DNA of 64,000 nt from Anthoceros angustus (GCA_010909165.1 MU008161.1:558001-622000); one strand, 5' to 3'. Shown: positions 1 through 13,551, numbered from the stretch's first letter. Notes: generated by a model from the sequence alone, not told the origin. Numbers and translations are program-made.

Positions 1-1197
1 AAGCATAGTCGGACACGACGAGCGCGTCACCCCGCACATCCGGAACCCCAGCCATCTCTGCTGCTCTTTCATTCACCTGCAAGCGCGGGAACCAATTTCA
101 GTCCCCGCGCTGCGCAGATCTGTTGTCTGCGCCGGTTTCCAGCATCCCACTCGAAATTCCAGCGCAAAAAACGGACTCACATGCAGCTGAAGATGCGCCA
201 TCCAAAAAAGAGTGGAGGAAGAGCCCCCGATGTGGCGAAACGCCATGCTGAAAAGCGGCGCTCCAGGAGTGCCTTCGATCATGTCCAGTACCCATGCCCC
301 CATGGCTTGCGTCATCCAAGCCTGTCCATGCTCCGCAGCGCAGCCCCATTCCACCTGCTGCGGCACCTGCAGCTTCAGGAGCGGCTGGTGAGGTGCCGCA
401 GGTATCAGAGTGGCCCGCATGGCGTCCAAAGGCGCAAAATCATAGCCACCGCTGTTGTTGTAGCCCTCCCGCACGCTCAATTCCACACACCATTGCACAC
501 CATGGAGTCCGCTTCACAGCAGACAGGCAAACACGATCCGCGGGCGCCAGGCCCTACCACTTCACCCGGCTCCCAGTAGGGAGCCCAAATGCGACTGATG
601 CCACAGCCCACTCTCTCACAGCACACCGGGCTCGGCCGTGCTGAGATAGCGTGTGCTCCATTGCATCATCCAGACGGGCACGATTAACAATCGAAAGAGA
701 AAATACTTAACATGTAGACACTGATGAGTAGGTACGACGGGCCTAAAGGCATAAAGAATCGTTCGACGACAAGGATGCGCGTAACGTCACTACCTACGTA
801 CGAAGGGCAGAGTCTGAAAATTGCCCTTGCGAACCAAAATTGTCCATGCTTTCGGTTTCATATCCGTCGTTTGCACAAAGACATGCGACGCAGCCGTTGC
901 TGCTGGACCCGATTCACTGAAGGAAGAACACCCACGGGCCGATGGCCAACGGATAAGACACAAGAGGCTCTGAACCGCGGGTTTCGACGACGAGCACCTC
1001 GGACCTACATGTCATTGTGGACAAAAAGCTTTAGATGCGGAGGGCAAGGGCAAACAACCATCTGCTAGCTTCGAAGGGGTTGCGGAGGAGGGCCTTACAG
1101 TAGGAGGAAGCCACACTTGCCAAGCTCATGCTCCTCGGCTGCCAACTAGGTTCGACAGGATGGACTGGCTGACTTCGCTTCTAGCGTAACCGCAGGA

Positions 1198-4100
1198 TCA
1201 ACGAGATCGATAGGGCAAATCCGCATGGGCAAACCAGTGGTGGAATAACAGTCTCTTCCTGCCCCAAAGCCACCATCTAGGTCCGCCTACGGCCTTTCTG
1301 GTTCGCAACAATCCTGCCAGAGTCCCAGGAGGGAGGATCAGTGAGGATGCGACCTTCCTCATAACAGAAACTCCAGCATGAAACAATTTAAGAAGGACAG
1401 CCACAACCGTGGCTGGGAATCAATGTTAGCAGTATTGCCACCTACCGCATAGGGAAAACTAGAAAGTCCTAGAGGCTTAACCCAGGATGAACTAACAATT
1501 CTTGGCAGAATGGATGTACAATGATCCACTTAATGCTCCGTCACTTACAATACCCAAAAAGCACTAACGCATTAGCTCTTCCGCTTTTCTGAAGAACTAA
1601 CACACCCAGGATATACTAGCAGCCCAAGCCGAAGAGGTCAGAACTCACTGGTCTGCTAGCTGCCCCACCCCACATGGAATACAGACACCACCCTTTGATC
1701 GCAATCTCTCCCAGGGGCACAGTCTCGACCAGGCAATCAAGCACCAATCCCAAAAGAACGACACTGCACCCTTTCTTTCAAAGCACATTCATGACACTAC
1801 GAAGAGGAGAAAAGGGAGCAGACATCAACAGGTCAGAAGAGAGCTAAAGTTCTATACCTCCTACAGCATCAGCAGGCTACATGTGCAAAGTGTGACAAAG
1901 AGCAAAGCTTTTAATGTCCATCAAATGGACAAAGAGAACATAGCTAGGCTTCAAGAAACCCAATCACAACACATCTGCTAATCGGGCTCTAGCATTTGCT
2001 GCTGGAGATCCCACATTGTGCACATACATACTATTTCTGCAAAAAAAAAGTGCAGAATACATAGCACAAACGGACAAACAAAGCTGAATGCATTTCACTA
2101 GCGTACTTTCCAGCCCTGTAAAGAGGCCTAAGCCACAGATCCTAGTGCCAGAATCTCCCCAACAGCAGCTCTGACAGCCACACCTCCTGCATGCGATGGT
2201 ACTCCAATGCGCAGCCAAAAGAGGGGCTCAATCTGTACCTTTCTTGCCTGGCAATGATTCGCAGCCTGGAGGGATCTCCAGCTTTGGCCAGAAGGCTGCC
2301 TGTGCTCGTATAGCTTCACAGACGGCCTGCTTTCCTTCTGCACTAGGCTTCAGAGTATCCAAAATAGGAGTAGGGCAATCACCAAGCAGGACCTGCCGAA
2401 CGTGCAAACTGAGAACAGCATCCAAGATTACATAAAATGCCTCCAAATCAACCATCACAGCAGGCTTACCTTCACGACAGCCACCGCTGAGTCGGATATG
2501 GAAACAAGGTTATACCTGCCACAGATTCACAGGTGTACATGAGATGACACAGTGAGAGGGAGAAAGCTGTCATGTAACACAGGCCCACCTACAGAAAGTG
2601 AAGCAATGCATGAGTATACAGTGACTCACCCTCCTTCTAAAACCAGAAGCATTTTGCCTCCTGATAGAGAGCTTAACAGCTGAGTCATCTGAGCAAAACC
2701 AGTAGGCGAAACCTGCCCCATGAACAACGATATCACATTCGCAAGTACTTATGACAGAGGAAACACAATGGCAACCTCAGCCATAGCAAACGCCAGACAG
2801 ACACCAGCTCCATTTATCAGCCTTCATTCAACAAAAAGACAGAAAAAATGATACCTTGCACTTTCCTAAAAGATCCCCAGCAGCAGCATCAAAGCCAGCG
2901 GAAACAACCGTGATGTCCGGGGCAAACTCCTGGGCTGCAGGAGCACACAAGTGTGAACATCCGAGAACGATTAGAAAATCCAAAAATCACAACACCCAAG
3001 ACTTTTGTATGGTACCTATTGGCATAACAATATGCTGGAAAGCAAAAATGTAGTCATCATCTTCAACATTGTCATGAGGCCACGGAATATTCACTGAAAA
3101 TCCAGCACCAGGCCCGTCGCCAACCTGCTCCATGGCATCAAACATACAGCCAATTATGAACAACAGTTCTTCTTCAAAATAAGCACAACATATTGAGCAC
3201 AAGAATAGTATATGATTTACCTCAGCTGCAAATCCAGAGTGAGGATAAAAGTCCCCCCTGTGCAATGAAATGAAGAGAACCTACACAAACAGAAAACATT
3301 CCGTTGGTAAGCCCCAGAATCGATGGGGTACTTAGGCAGTCACACATCAAAACACTCACAGTTGGATCAGACCAAAAGATCTCTTGCGTCCCATTCCCAT
3401 GATGAACATCCTGTGAAGTCCAATCCGCTTGCATTAGACAGAAACCCTCTTCCCATCAGTACAGGCACTGAAAACGGGAAAACAAAAGTGGCAAGAACTA
3501 GCTAAATGAGCTGCTCACCCAATCAAGAATCAAAACCTTCTTGGCACCTGCTTTCTGGGCCGCCCTTGTTGCCACAGCAGCATTATTGTGAAAACAAAAA
3601 CCCTGAGCCTTATGCAATGACGCATGATGTCCAGGAGGTCTCACCTGACAATAACAGAATTGGCCAAAGAGACTATAAGCTGAACTACAGTGCTAGCATT
3701 TCACTGCCAGATTGTCCTCATACAACAATATCTGCCTGGTCCAACTTACCAAGGCAAAACCATTCTGATAACGTCCATTCACAATGTCCATGGCCATGGC
3801 TGCACATGTGCCCGCAGCCAACCTTGCTGCCAGGGGCGTGTGCTCAGTAGCATAAGTGTCGTCAGGAAGATTTGCTCTGTTGATGGAACACTCCAACCAT
3901 CAATACTGTACTAGAGGCATTCCTCCTGAGGAGACGTATTCAGGTGAACAGCGTCTACAGTTGAGTATACCTTTTAATGTTTTCCCAGCACGTCAACGAC
4001 CGAATCTTGTTGACGAGCTTTTCCGTATGCACCTGCATAGTAAATGAAACTGAGAAAAACACGACCTAGCAATCTAATCAGTCAACATAGGAGGAAAGCG

Positions 4101-5428
4101 AAAGTAAGGTACAGAGCAGCTGAAGGCCAAGCAGCCCGTACTAACTACAGTTCACAGAGCACATACCATCTTAAGCTCATCACGAGTAGCCTCCCGAGAA
4201 GGAACAAGTACACAACGTCTCAGCAGACCTGAAGAATAAATAGATCTCTGAGTAACTCAGTGAAGCAAAAGGAGTATCTGAAAATAAGAACAGGCACTGG
4301 ACACACACCTTCAACCGCCAATGTATCCATGATCCACCGAAGGCGGTCAGGCCTCTCAGGGTGCAAGCTCTTTCCCCTTCCAGCAAGCTCCTGGAAGATA
4401 TGCTGCTACGTCAGCACAAGTGGTGATAGTTTTCTTCCCTACGGCCAATACATCGTGCTTCCAGCAGTCGTAAGAGAGATGGGGAGACTATTCACCTGCT
4501 TCTCATGCTTTAACATGCGTCTATCATAAGAAATTGCAGTTCGACTCCGCAGGGGAGCATCACCTGATGACACTCGTCCAAACAAGGTAGCAAGTCAGTT
4601 ACCGCCAAACCAGTAGGCCCCTCTCAACAACCAGCACATACACACAAGCAGGGTGACAATGCCACCTTCAGCACTTGCAACCATTTCCTGAAAGCTCCCT
4701 GAAGGCATCACACAACGGTACAGGGAGACTGGCTGCACCAAACAAAGCCTTCACAGACGATTCCAGCTCACACAATGAAGGCAAACGGGGAAAACGCTAC
4801 CTCCAGCACTCAGATCATAGCATTCAATCTCTGCTCCCACACCAGCCCCCGCTGCTACAACATGGAGTGCCTCATTTACGCCTCTCTTGCGGAAGAAGTT
4901 AAAGTCCCAGGGCTCCTGGCAACCCTGGAATGAATGTCAGAAGCAAAAGCCAGGAAACATGATGTCAGAAACAATGACCAGGAACCCAATGCCCAAACTC
5001 CAACATCGCTGAACAAAAATTCCAGCACCACGTACCGCACAAACTCTCTCGTCCTTGTCCTTCCACCGTTCCTCCAGACAATTAATGCAGACGCGTCCAC
5101 GCCCCAGCGAAATATTGCTGATTCCGGCTCCCGTCGTTTCCAGCGTATCCGGATTGTGCAGCAGCCCAACCCAATTGCTCTGCGGGCGGTCGTCATCGCT
5201 GTCGCTAGCGCCATCGCCAGCACCAGCACTGACACCGACACCGTCGGCAGGTTCATACTCACTCGGGAACGAGTTGCCACCAGTAGCTAGGGGCGAAACA
5301 TTTTGGATATCCCTTTTACCCAGGGTTTGCGGTATGGTTTCCTCTGAGACTCTCTCCTTTTTCTCCGCAGGCTGAGACTGCTCACCAGACCTCTCATCAG
5401 CAGGCACCACCATAGTGGCAGGCGACAT
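1198..5428 (-). CDS. HDA15: Class II histone deacetylase, HDA15-type (multi-exon)
   Basis: Exons joined at GT-AG sites give an N-terminal CxxC...CxxC finger (VCINC...VCA|GCQE), then [37 protein letters not shown]|[16 protein letters not shown] and LEGGY. The last exon (1313-1198) encodes [12 protein letters not shown], like the HDA15 C-terminus. Start ATG at 5428 is tentative. Confidence 0.88.
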
Positions 5429-6671
5429 CCGAGAACGCTCGCCCGCTGTTCGCGGTGACACTGCCGAGGCCCGCCTTCCTGTTCACATACGCAGAGCAAT
5501 TTAGCTTTTCGATTACTCGGAGTCTTAACTCCTCCACCCTACCACATTCAAACCAACCATCCTCCTCCATATCACTCACTCACACACACTTAAAAGTGCT
5601 CTTAGGTTCAAGTTCAAGTTCAAGTTCAAATCTATGGATAATGTCTCCCGCTCCGCACGAGAGAGTCTCTTAGACTACCTACCTAAATGATCAACCATCA
5701 GCCTGCACACAAAGGTTATGCATTCCTTTCAACCATCTGCATTAAGTAAACTATAAAAAACAGAGATACATTATATGCCGACGGTGCATGTGAAGGTTAT
5801 GGCGACGAGACCACATCTAAGTGAAGAAATAGATCAATAGAAGTACTTATGTTCATATCTATCCAAAGAATTAAAGATTTATACTATTTAGAACCAATGT
5901 CGTGGTGACATGCTTGTCCTCAAGGACAAGCTTAGAGTCACTCTCACTTTCAACCAGCAATCCTTCAAGTATTGTCTACGTGAAACACCTAATGTTTCAA
6001 TTTCTACTACTGGCATAAACATGGTGGCAATTAGCTTAAAGATTTTTCAGTGAAACTGTCTTGCTGTAAATCTTATATCTAATGAAAAATTAAAACAAAC
6101 TAATTTTAGCGTTAGCATGAGATAATACATTGTATAGCTTCTAGTGAAACAGAATTAAAATAGTATTATCATCTATGATATAAAAGTAATATGTGCTACA
6201 TCTCTCACCTGATTTAGGATCTCTTATCCTTGACGAACTCGTGTATCGATCTCTTTTAGGCGGTATTGCAGAGCTCCTTCTTGTGCGTTTCATGGTGGGA
6301 TTGCTTTGAGAAATCCAAAATAACAAACAAAAACCATCACGATGTTGTCTTAATATCCGTGGCAACGAACATGATGCATGATATTATACAAGCAGGAAAA
6401 GCATTACACACTATGTCACACTAGGTTTCCTAAAAACTATCAAACTATTGAATAATTAAGTTTCCTAAAATCTTTCGAACTATTGAACAATTAAGAACTG
6501 GCATAGTTGACTTGACTACTAGCCAGAAAATAAGTCCATAAGAAAGATGATGCTTGAAGACTGGTGAATGAGAATAATAGTATCAATGATGCAACACACA
6601 AAAGTTTACGCATCTACCTAAGAATACAAAATATTAAAGGAAGGCCTCGTGCTGAAACTAGCTAGCCCCAA

Positions 6672-6900
6672 CCCCATAGGAGTAAGGATCGACCTTAGAT
6701 CTCACATGAGGAAAACTAGCGGCCCCCATAGCACTGGGGACTGCCCCTAAGTCTCACACAAGGGAAACTGGTGCGCCCCATAGCCAGAGCGATTGCCCTG
6801 AGGTCTCTCACGAGGAAAGCAACGCGCCCCATAGCCAGAGGGACTGCCCTGAGATCTCTCACGAGGGAAAGCAACGCGCCCCTCAGCAGCGGGGGACTGA
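6672..6900. repeat. ~52-bp tandem repeat, 4-5 diverged copies
   Basis: CCCCATAG...GACTGCCC...TCTC..ACGAGG.AAA units start at about 6672, 6724, 6776, 6827 and 6879. Confidence 0.8.
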
Positions 6901-7116
6901 ACTTCTTCGAGCCTAATAACCTACCAAGGGCCTATGAACGAGTCTCATAGCAACATGACTGACCCTTTTCGAGCCTAAGAACACAATACTGAGGGATAGG
7001 GCTCAAAGTCATGATGCAAATCCAAAGCTTTGTAAGGTTACTTAAGAAGCCAATGATGCTTGAACAATACAGGTGCTAGTATAGTAGTTAGGATAAAGCT
7101 TTCCACTGAAGGAGGC

Positions 7117-7260
7117 GATGCAAGTTAGAAACATGTTGTTACATAGCTACAGGTGCCTCCGAGGATGCAAGTTAGAAACATGTTGTTACATAGCTACAGG
7201 TGCCTCCGAGGATGCAAGTTAGAAACATGATGTTGTTACATAGCTACAGGTACCTCCGAG
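7117..7260. repeat. 47-bp tandem repeat x3
   Basis: GATGCAAGTTAGAAACATGTTGTTACATAGCTACAGGTGCCTCCGAG at 7117, 7164 and 7211; the third copy has a 3-nt insertion. Confidence 0.95.
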
Positions 7261-7910
7261 TCCCACGCTCTGAATCTATCTGGCCCAAGATCACCTCACA
7301 AACAGCACCCAGAGGAAGGCGTCGCACCCACGCACGAGGAAAACCAGCGCGGCCCTGAGAGAAAGGGCAAGCGCAAAGCCTAGAAACCCCTACAACAGGG
7401 CCTCAGACTAGCGCAAAGCCTAGGAATCCTACACCGAGGGCCTCGCGCAAAGGGAGCTCGCACAAGGCAAACCCGCGCACTCCACAAAGTGCCGAGAGTC
7501 AAAAGATCAAACAAGACTTAGACTTCTAAGCTTTTATCCTCTACAGAAGGTGACATCTATGAAGTCAAAACATTCCGAGGCAAAATCTCCTCGAACATAG
7601 AACACGGGCAAGACAAAACATCTCGAGGCAAGAATAAAAACACCCTCGAAGTGGATATGCTCATGCCCCATGAAATAAATGCAGTCATGTATCATTGAAA
7701 TAACGTAATCATGGTCACAACATGAATACGCTTGTTAAATGATATTGTAAATAAATGTTATCAATGTTATAGATAATGATCTTACAGATAAATCTTATCA
7801 ATATTTCACATATCTTATCTTATCATACACTTTAAAACTAAAATACTAGCGAGACAAAATATCTAGAGAATGAAATAGAAATCAACATTATGATTCTCTA
7901 AAAATGAGTA

Positions 7911-8022
7911 TGAGCATTGCGAGAATCGAACTCGCGTCCTTTAGGGTGCATGAGGATACATACCTACTCGTTTCCTCATGATCATTGTGAACCCTAACAT
8001 CCTACCACTGGACCAAATGCTC
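7911..8022 (-). tRNA. Atypical tRNA or tRNA-like gene: tRNA-Pro-like body, 38-40-nt insert in the anticodon arm, anticodon ambiguous (UCA or CAC)
   Basis: Minus strand reads GAGCATT TG GTCC AGTGGTA GGAT G TTAGG GTTCACA...insert...C CCTAA AGGAC GCGAG TTCGATT CTCGC AATGCTC A. Acceptor and T stems pair perfectly. A box and B box are present, with an upstream CAA and AT-rich tract and TTTTT a few nt downstream. Confidence 0.8.
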
Positions 8023-8565
8023 AACCTTGTGATATAAAGATTCATTAATATTTTTTCTCTACTGGTACATAAGATTGAAGCTATGCTTATCGTATGATCG
8101 AACCATATGATCGAAATTGTGTATGTAGCGAGTCAAAGTAGGAGAAGGAGAAGCGTACCTATCACCTATTACGAAAGAAAGAGGCGGGTCGGAATTGGCA
8201 CACAAATCCCCAATGTGAGCATTTTATTTGGTAAATGTGCAGGTGTAGAGTATTATGAGGGGCGGAAGGAGAGGGTTGTTGGCCCACGTCCTCCTTCCAA
8301 CGCTCTGGTTTGCGTTGTTTGCTTCCCTCTCTCCGCTCGCCAGGCAGAGCGAGGTCGAGGCGGCCAGTGCACTCGTGGCGCCAGGAATGCCCCCGGGCGT
8401 CAGTAACCTGCCCACGCCACGGCCACAGCATCGATCGCTGCCCCGCCTCAGATCTGGCACTTCGTTCCTTCACGATCCGCCCAACGCCGCATTCCAGCTG
8501 ACTTGGCTGGGATTTTAGACCGTGGGGGTGTGATCGAGGGAGCCAATTCTGCAATTCCGCCGGCC

Positions 8566-10654
8566 ATGGCGAGGCGCTTCTGCCTTGTGTCGCTGCCGCT
8601 GCAGGGCTCCGCCAATGAAACGTGGACCACGCTCCAGCAGACCCTGTCAACGATTGCTTTCGACACGCCCAACTACAGAGTGAGACGGTGCCTGCGGGTG
8701 CTGCAGACCTACTGGATGTGCACACATTGTGTTGGGGTGTGTTAATTTGCTCGCGATTTGCTTCACATGGCTTGTGCTGCTGCTGCAGCTCCGGATACCC
8801 GATCTGAGGGTGGGGACTCTGGACTCTCTGCTGTCGCTCACTGACGATATGCACAAGGTCGGTGGTGCTGCCGGTGTCTGTGTTTCTGTGTTTTTTTCTC
8901 CGCTTCTGGGTATGGGAGAGGGTGGATGGGTGGGGGGAAGGGGCTGATGTCGTCGTCGTTGCTTGCGGCGCAGGCGAGCTCGATGGTGGAGGGAGTCGCG
9001 CATAAATTGCGTCGCCAGATTGAGGACTTCCAGAGACTGGACGCAGGTGCTGAGTCGACTGCCTTGACTGTCAATGGAGTCCCTATTGATACTTACATCA
9101 CCGGGTTGGTAAACTTGCTAGTGATCTGGCATCCATTTGTCTGCTGTCTGGAGTGTTGTGTTGACCGGCCGTTGGGTGGGGTTCTGGTTCTCAGCTTCAC
9201 ATGGGATGAGGCCAAGTATCCGGTCGTGAGTCCACTGAGAGAGATAGTGGACGCAATCCACAAGAATGTGGCAGAGCTTGACGATGACATGAAGGTGATG
9301 GCCCGTCCAGATTTTCTGCTGTTGATGACCTACAGACTTTGGCGCACCAGTATTCTGATTGGCTACTTGTGGAAGCACAGGTCCGAGTTGCTGAGGCGGG
9401 TGGTGTGAAGAGCCAACTGAATGCCCTGAGCCGCAAGCAAACTGGCAGGTAGCTATCTACTGTCATCTGGACTGACAGTTGCGCAAATCTCAAACAATGT
9501 CAACAGCCTGTGGTGTCGAAGTGTCTCACTGTTTACCTGACATGGATGCAGTCTGCTTGTGCGGGACCTTTCAGCATACATCAAGGCCAATGATGTGGTC
9601 AATTCTGAGAATCTCACTACGCTCTTGGTGATTGTCCCAAAGTTTTCACAGAAGGAGTGGATAGCGAGTTACGAGACCTTATCCCAGTGGGTGGTACTGA
9701 ACATCTTTACCTTTCAACTTGCTCGTTATCAAAATCACTCAGCCAGTTGTACTGTTCTGAAGCTAACACCTGTTGTGCAATGCGTGGTGTTCAAGGTTCC
9801 TCGGTCATCAAAGTTGTTGTTGGAAGAAAATGATTACGCTCTGTATACAGTCACGCTTTTTAAGAAAGTAGCTGACGATTTCAAGGCAGCTTCCCGTGCA
9901 AAGGGCTTCCAAGTAAGCTCACCTTCCCTTGTCTGTTCGGTGTATTTCGACCTGGGAAGTTTTTGTCAGTCACACTAACAAAAGGAGGTAGGTAGGTCCG
10001 CGAATATGCCCATGATCCAGAGGCCCAGGAGAAACAGTCAGCGGAGCTTGTTACTCTCACAAGAGCCCAAAAGAATCTGCAGACTTCGCTAAAAACTTGG
10101 TGTTATGCCAGCTTTGCAGAGGTGCGAATTCTCAGCCTGTCAGCTTCTTGTCTAGCAATGACCTCAGGATAAATGTGTGATGTGTGAAGCTGGCTGGCTT
10201 GTGGGTGCAGACTGTCAAATGTTGGATGCACTTGCTTGCGATTAAACTTTTCGCCGAGAGTATACTCCGATATGGGCTGCCACCAGCATTTGTGGTACGT
10301 CTCGCTTTTTGTCATATTTGCATAAGCGAACAGCACTTTCTGGACCATCAGATTGCTGAACTGTTTGTGAATGTTTTTCTTATATTGCAGGCAGCTGTTA
10401 TAGCCCCAAATCCAAAAAATGAGAAGAAAGTCAGGCAACTTCTTGATCAGCTCTCAGGAACATCCGACAGGTCTGATTCTTTCAATTCTATCTGACTTGG
10501 ATCAGTGCTTCTGCTCGCAATAGGCCCTAACAACGTCTTTTCTGCTATCAGTTCACTCTGGAAAGGAGAATCCGAGGCAGCGCTGGCAGGATTGACTGGT
10601 GGGGAATCTGAAGTTTATCCTTATGTGTCACTAACCATGAACTTAGGTGGTTAG
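8566..10654 (+). CDS. VHA-C: V-type H+-ATPase subunit C (multi-exon)
   Basis: Spliced product contains IPDLRVGTLDSLLSL, FTWDEAKYP, SENLTTLLVIVPK, VPRSSKLL, WMHLLAIKLFAESILRYGLPP and YPYVSL. All introns are GT-AG; stop TAG at 10652-10654. Confidence 0.95.
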
Positions 10655-11261
10655 CGGACATGGGAACCGCTGTTCGGTTATGGTGTGATTAGCATCAGGC
10701 TCCCTCGTCATCAGAGATATTCGAGGCTGTTCTTCCTGCAGTGAAGCTAACCGGTTCCTGACCAAATCGGTTTGAAATGATGCTATCGGCCATGTAGAGT
10801 GCAACTTTGGTACATGTATGTAAGCTGACAAATGGCCAATGTGAACATGGTGTGATGCTTGTGGCCTAACGGTTCGGACTGATTCGTGTCCCTTTTGTGA
10901 GCAATCAATTGAGTCCAGGTGTTGACAATTTGCAGTGACACCACCTCCATACACCGCAGTTGTGGGAAAGTCCCTGCTCTTTGACATGCTTCGATGCAAT
11001 CACCTGTTGGATCCATGCAGTTACTTTTGCGGTCTTCTAGAGAATAATCATAGATTCGTTGATACCTTATGTAGCTTTGAAGGCAGGTTGAGAAACTTCC
11101 GGAGCAATTATATACAATTTCTTTCAACTTGAACACCTCGTTGCTAACTCACAGAGGCACACCTCCCTCATACATAATGCTTCTTCAATTTTGCATCAGC
11201 AGTGATTGTGGCAGCAAGGATTACTGCAGGTTGTGTAATTTGCAGGTTTCTTCCGCCAGCC

Positions 11262-12913
11262 ATGGCCGCTAAACAGCGTGCCACAGAATTCGCTGCCTTA
11301 CTACTAGCTTTGCTCGTCGTGTCATCTCAAACAGTGTCACATGCACTTGGGAATCCTCCCTCGACACCATCTAACAAGCCCAGCCATGCAGCCGGGATCA
11401 AGTCGAAAACATACTGGTCTCCAGCAATCAGGCTGGGCCCGGGGGAAGTGAGCAACAAGAACTACAAAATCGAGTTTCCGGAAGGTCACATTGCCATCAA
11501 GGGGCTGGGCGCGGAGGTGGTGGATGCGAAAGGCAACTCTGTTCCTCTGCACGAACTCTATCTGCATCACTGGGTCATAGCAAGGTGCTTCCCTTGTAGA
11601 CGATGCAAGCGCAGCGCAGCTCAGCTCAGCTCGTCCTCTGCCATGAATCATAATTGAACAAACTTCCCACGGCCAGCAGACAAACGCGCGTGACTGACCT
11701 AATCTGGTGCAGGCTGTTTGTGGAGAAGACACGCAATCCAAAAGGCTTGATCTCCCCGGAATTCAACACCTCGGTAGTGATCGTCCCTAACCAAGGACTG
11801 TGTGACGACGGCATCCTTCGCCAGTACTTCGGGCTGGGCTCCGAGACCAGGCGTACCAACTACGCCGTCCGTGATCCCTACGGCATCATCGTCGGCGACC
11901 CGAATTTGATACCCGACGGGTTCCAGGAAGGCTGGGCGCTGAATGTGCACGCCATCGACACCCGCGCAACTTTGGATCCGAGAGGGTGCACAGAGTGCAG
12001 GTCTGTCCTAATCTTCACTTCCACGCGTCACCAAAGCTGCAGATGGCGGCGCTGAAATCTCAACTTCTGTGAACTCATGCTGGCTTTGGCTATGGTGCAG
12101 ATGCAACCTGTACAACGTGTCGGCAACCAAGATCCCTAAGGACTACACAGGCGGTTTAGCCTGCTGCGGGGATGGAACGCACTGTGCTCTCAAAGCGAAT
12201 CTGAAATCTCCACCCTGGAGGAAGACCTACTACTTGAAGTACACGGTTGAGTGGATCGACTGGGACTCCGATGTTGTGCCGGTGGGAATATACATAATCG
12301 ATGCCACAGACACTGGAGAGCGACACAAATCTAACAAAGACGCCTTCGGATGCAAGGTGCTGCCAACTGCTCCCCTGTGATCCCCTGCCTTTTGAAAGAC
12401 ACTCCTGCTTGCTCACAACTTCATGGCCTGTTGTCCCGCAGATAGAGTACGAGGTTCCCGCTTGCAACACGAGCCTGAGGTCGGACTCGTGCATCCACAT
12501 TGCAGAAGCCACCACGCCTGCCCTCCCAAAGGGTGGCCGCGTGGTGTATGCTGTGGCACACCAACACGCTGGAGGCATCGGCTCCACTCTTTACCACCAG
12601 GTTCGCTTCGGTTTGAACGTCTCATTTCTCAACTGGCTCGCATCTCGTTTCAGCAACCATGGCATATTTTGAAGTGCGAGTGAAATAATTTGGTCATGTT
12701 TTCCAGGACGGTGGCGAGATTTGTACCTCCGAGCCCATCTACGGAAGCGGCAAAGACGCCGGTGATGAAGCAGGATACATTGTGGGCATGACCGCATGCT
12801 CCCCTGAAGTAGAGGTTAAGACGGGTGACAAGCTCCGCATGCAGTCCAGATATAGCTCTATCCGAGCCCATACCGGCGTTATGGGTCTTTTCTATGTTTT
12901 GATAACAGTGTGA
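11262..12913 (+). CDS. SURNod19 (stress up-regulated Nod19) family protein, copy 1; signal peptide, no C-terminal TM
   Basis: Six exons encode LGPGEVSNK, GHIAIK, VPLHELYLHHW, QYFGLGSETRRT, LNVHAIDTR, ECRCNLY, YYLKYTV, HQHAGG, GDEAGYIVGM and HTGVMGLFY. Confidence 0.92.
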
Positions 12914-13551
12914 AATCCCAATAGAAATGTGGCTCCGAATTCTGTCCTAAGCAGGACCAGGCGTGGCAAGTTGCAATCCTTCCTCCAATATTGCTTATCC
13001 ATATAATTTCAGTCCTTTCCGTAACTCATTGTTTTTTTTTACTTTTGCTTCTATATACTGTAGCTTTTATGGAGATAACTATCATTACTTATTGCTCCTC
13101 ACCTAATTTTAAAATTATTTTTGATAAATTCAAGAGGTCATTATGTACTGAAGCCATTCAATTTGGTGTAGGTCGAGAGTCAAGATGGGCGAGCTGCGAT
13201 GGTGCGTTTGATCTGAAATTTGAGTGAGTTTGATGTGAAGTTGCCTTCATCTGGTGCATGTAAGGATCGGAATGTGAATACACGAGATGTGAAGAGAACA
13301 TGATAGGGCATCATAGCACATGTAAAGAACGGGAATACATACATGGAAGATGTGAACATACAATCATTGGGCATGATGTCGTCATGTAAGCGGCGTGTTC
13401 GTTATCCTAACCGTCAGAGGATCGCATTCCATGTATAAGAAGAAGAACCGAGCCACTCCTTCCTCGTGCTTCCAGTTCCAGCAATTGGGTTCCACTTTCC
13501 CTTCCCAAACTTGTCCCAATTGCCGCAACTACGAAGATCGCAGCCTCCGAC

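Noticed and set aside
73-498. Possible exon of a gene continuing off the left edge
   Set aside because: GC-rich and ends at a donor-like site, but there is no recognisable domain and several competing frames, so it cannot be supported without a homology search.
2228-2230. TGA as the definitive HDA15 stop
   Set aside because: A phase-compatible downstream exon encodes the family-typical WWxWGRKRLL terminus.
7940-7997. Telomerase RNA template (ACCCTAAA) inside the tRNA-like gene
   Set aside because: The motif is sequestered in a stem with TTAGGGT, and the RNA is short with internal A/B boxes. TTAGGGT is more simply explained by tRNA-Pro ancestry or chance.
7911-8022. Selenocysteine tRNA (UCA anticodon)
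   Set aside because: It has a 7/5 acceptor-T fold, a 5-nt variable loop and a 4-bp D stem. tRNA-Sec needs a long variable arm and extended stems, and land plants lack Sec machinery.
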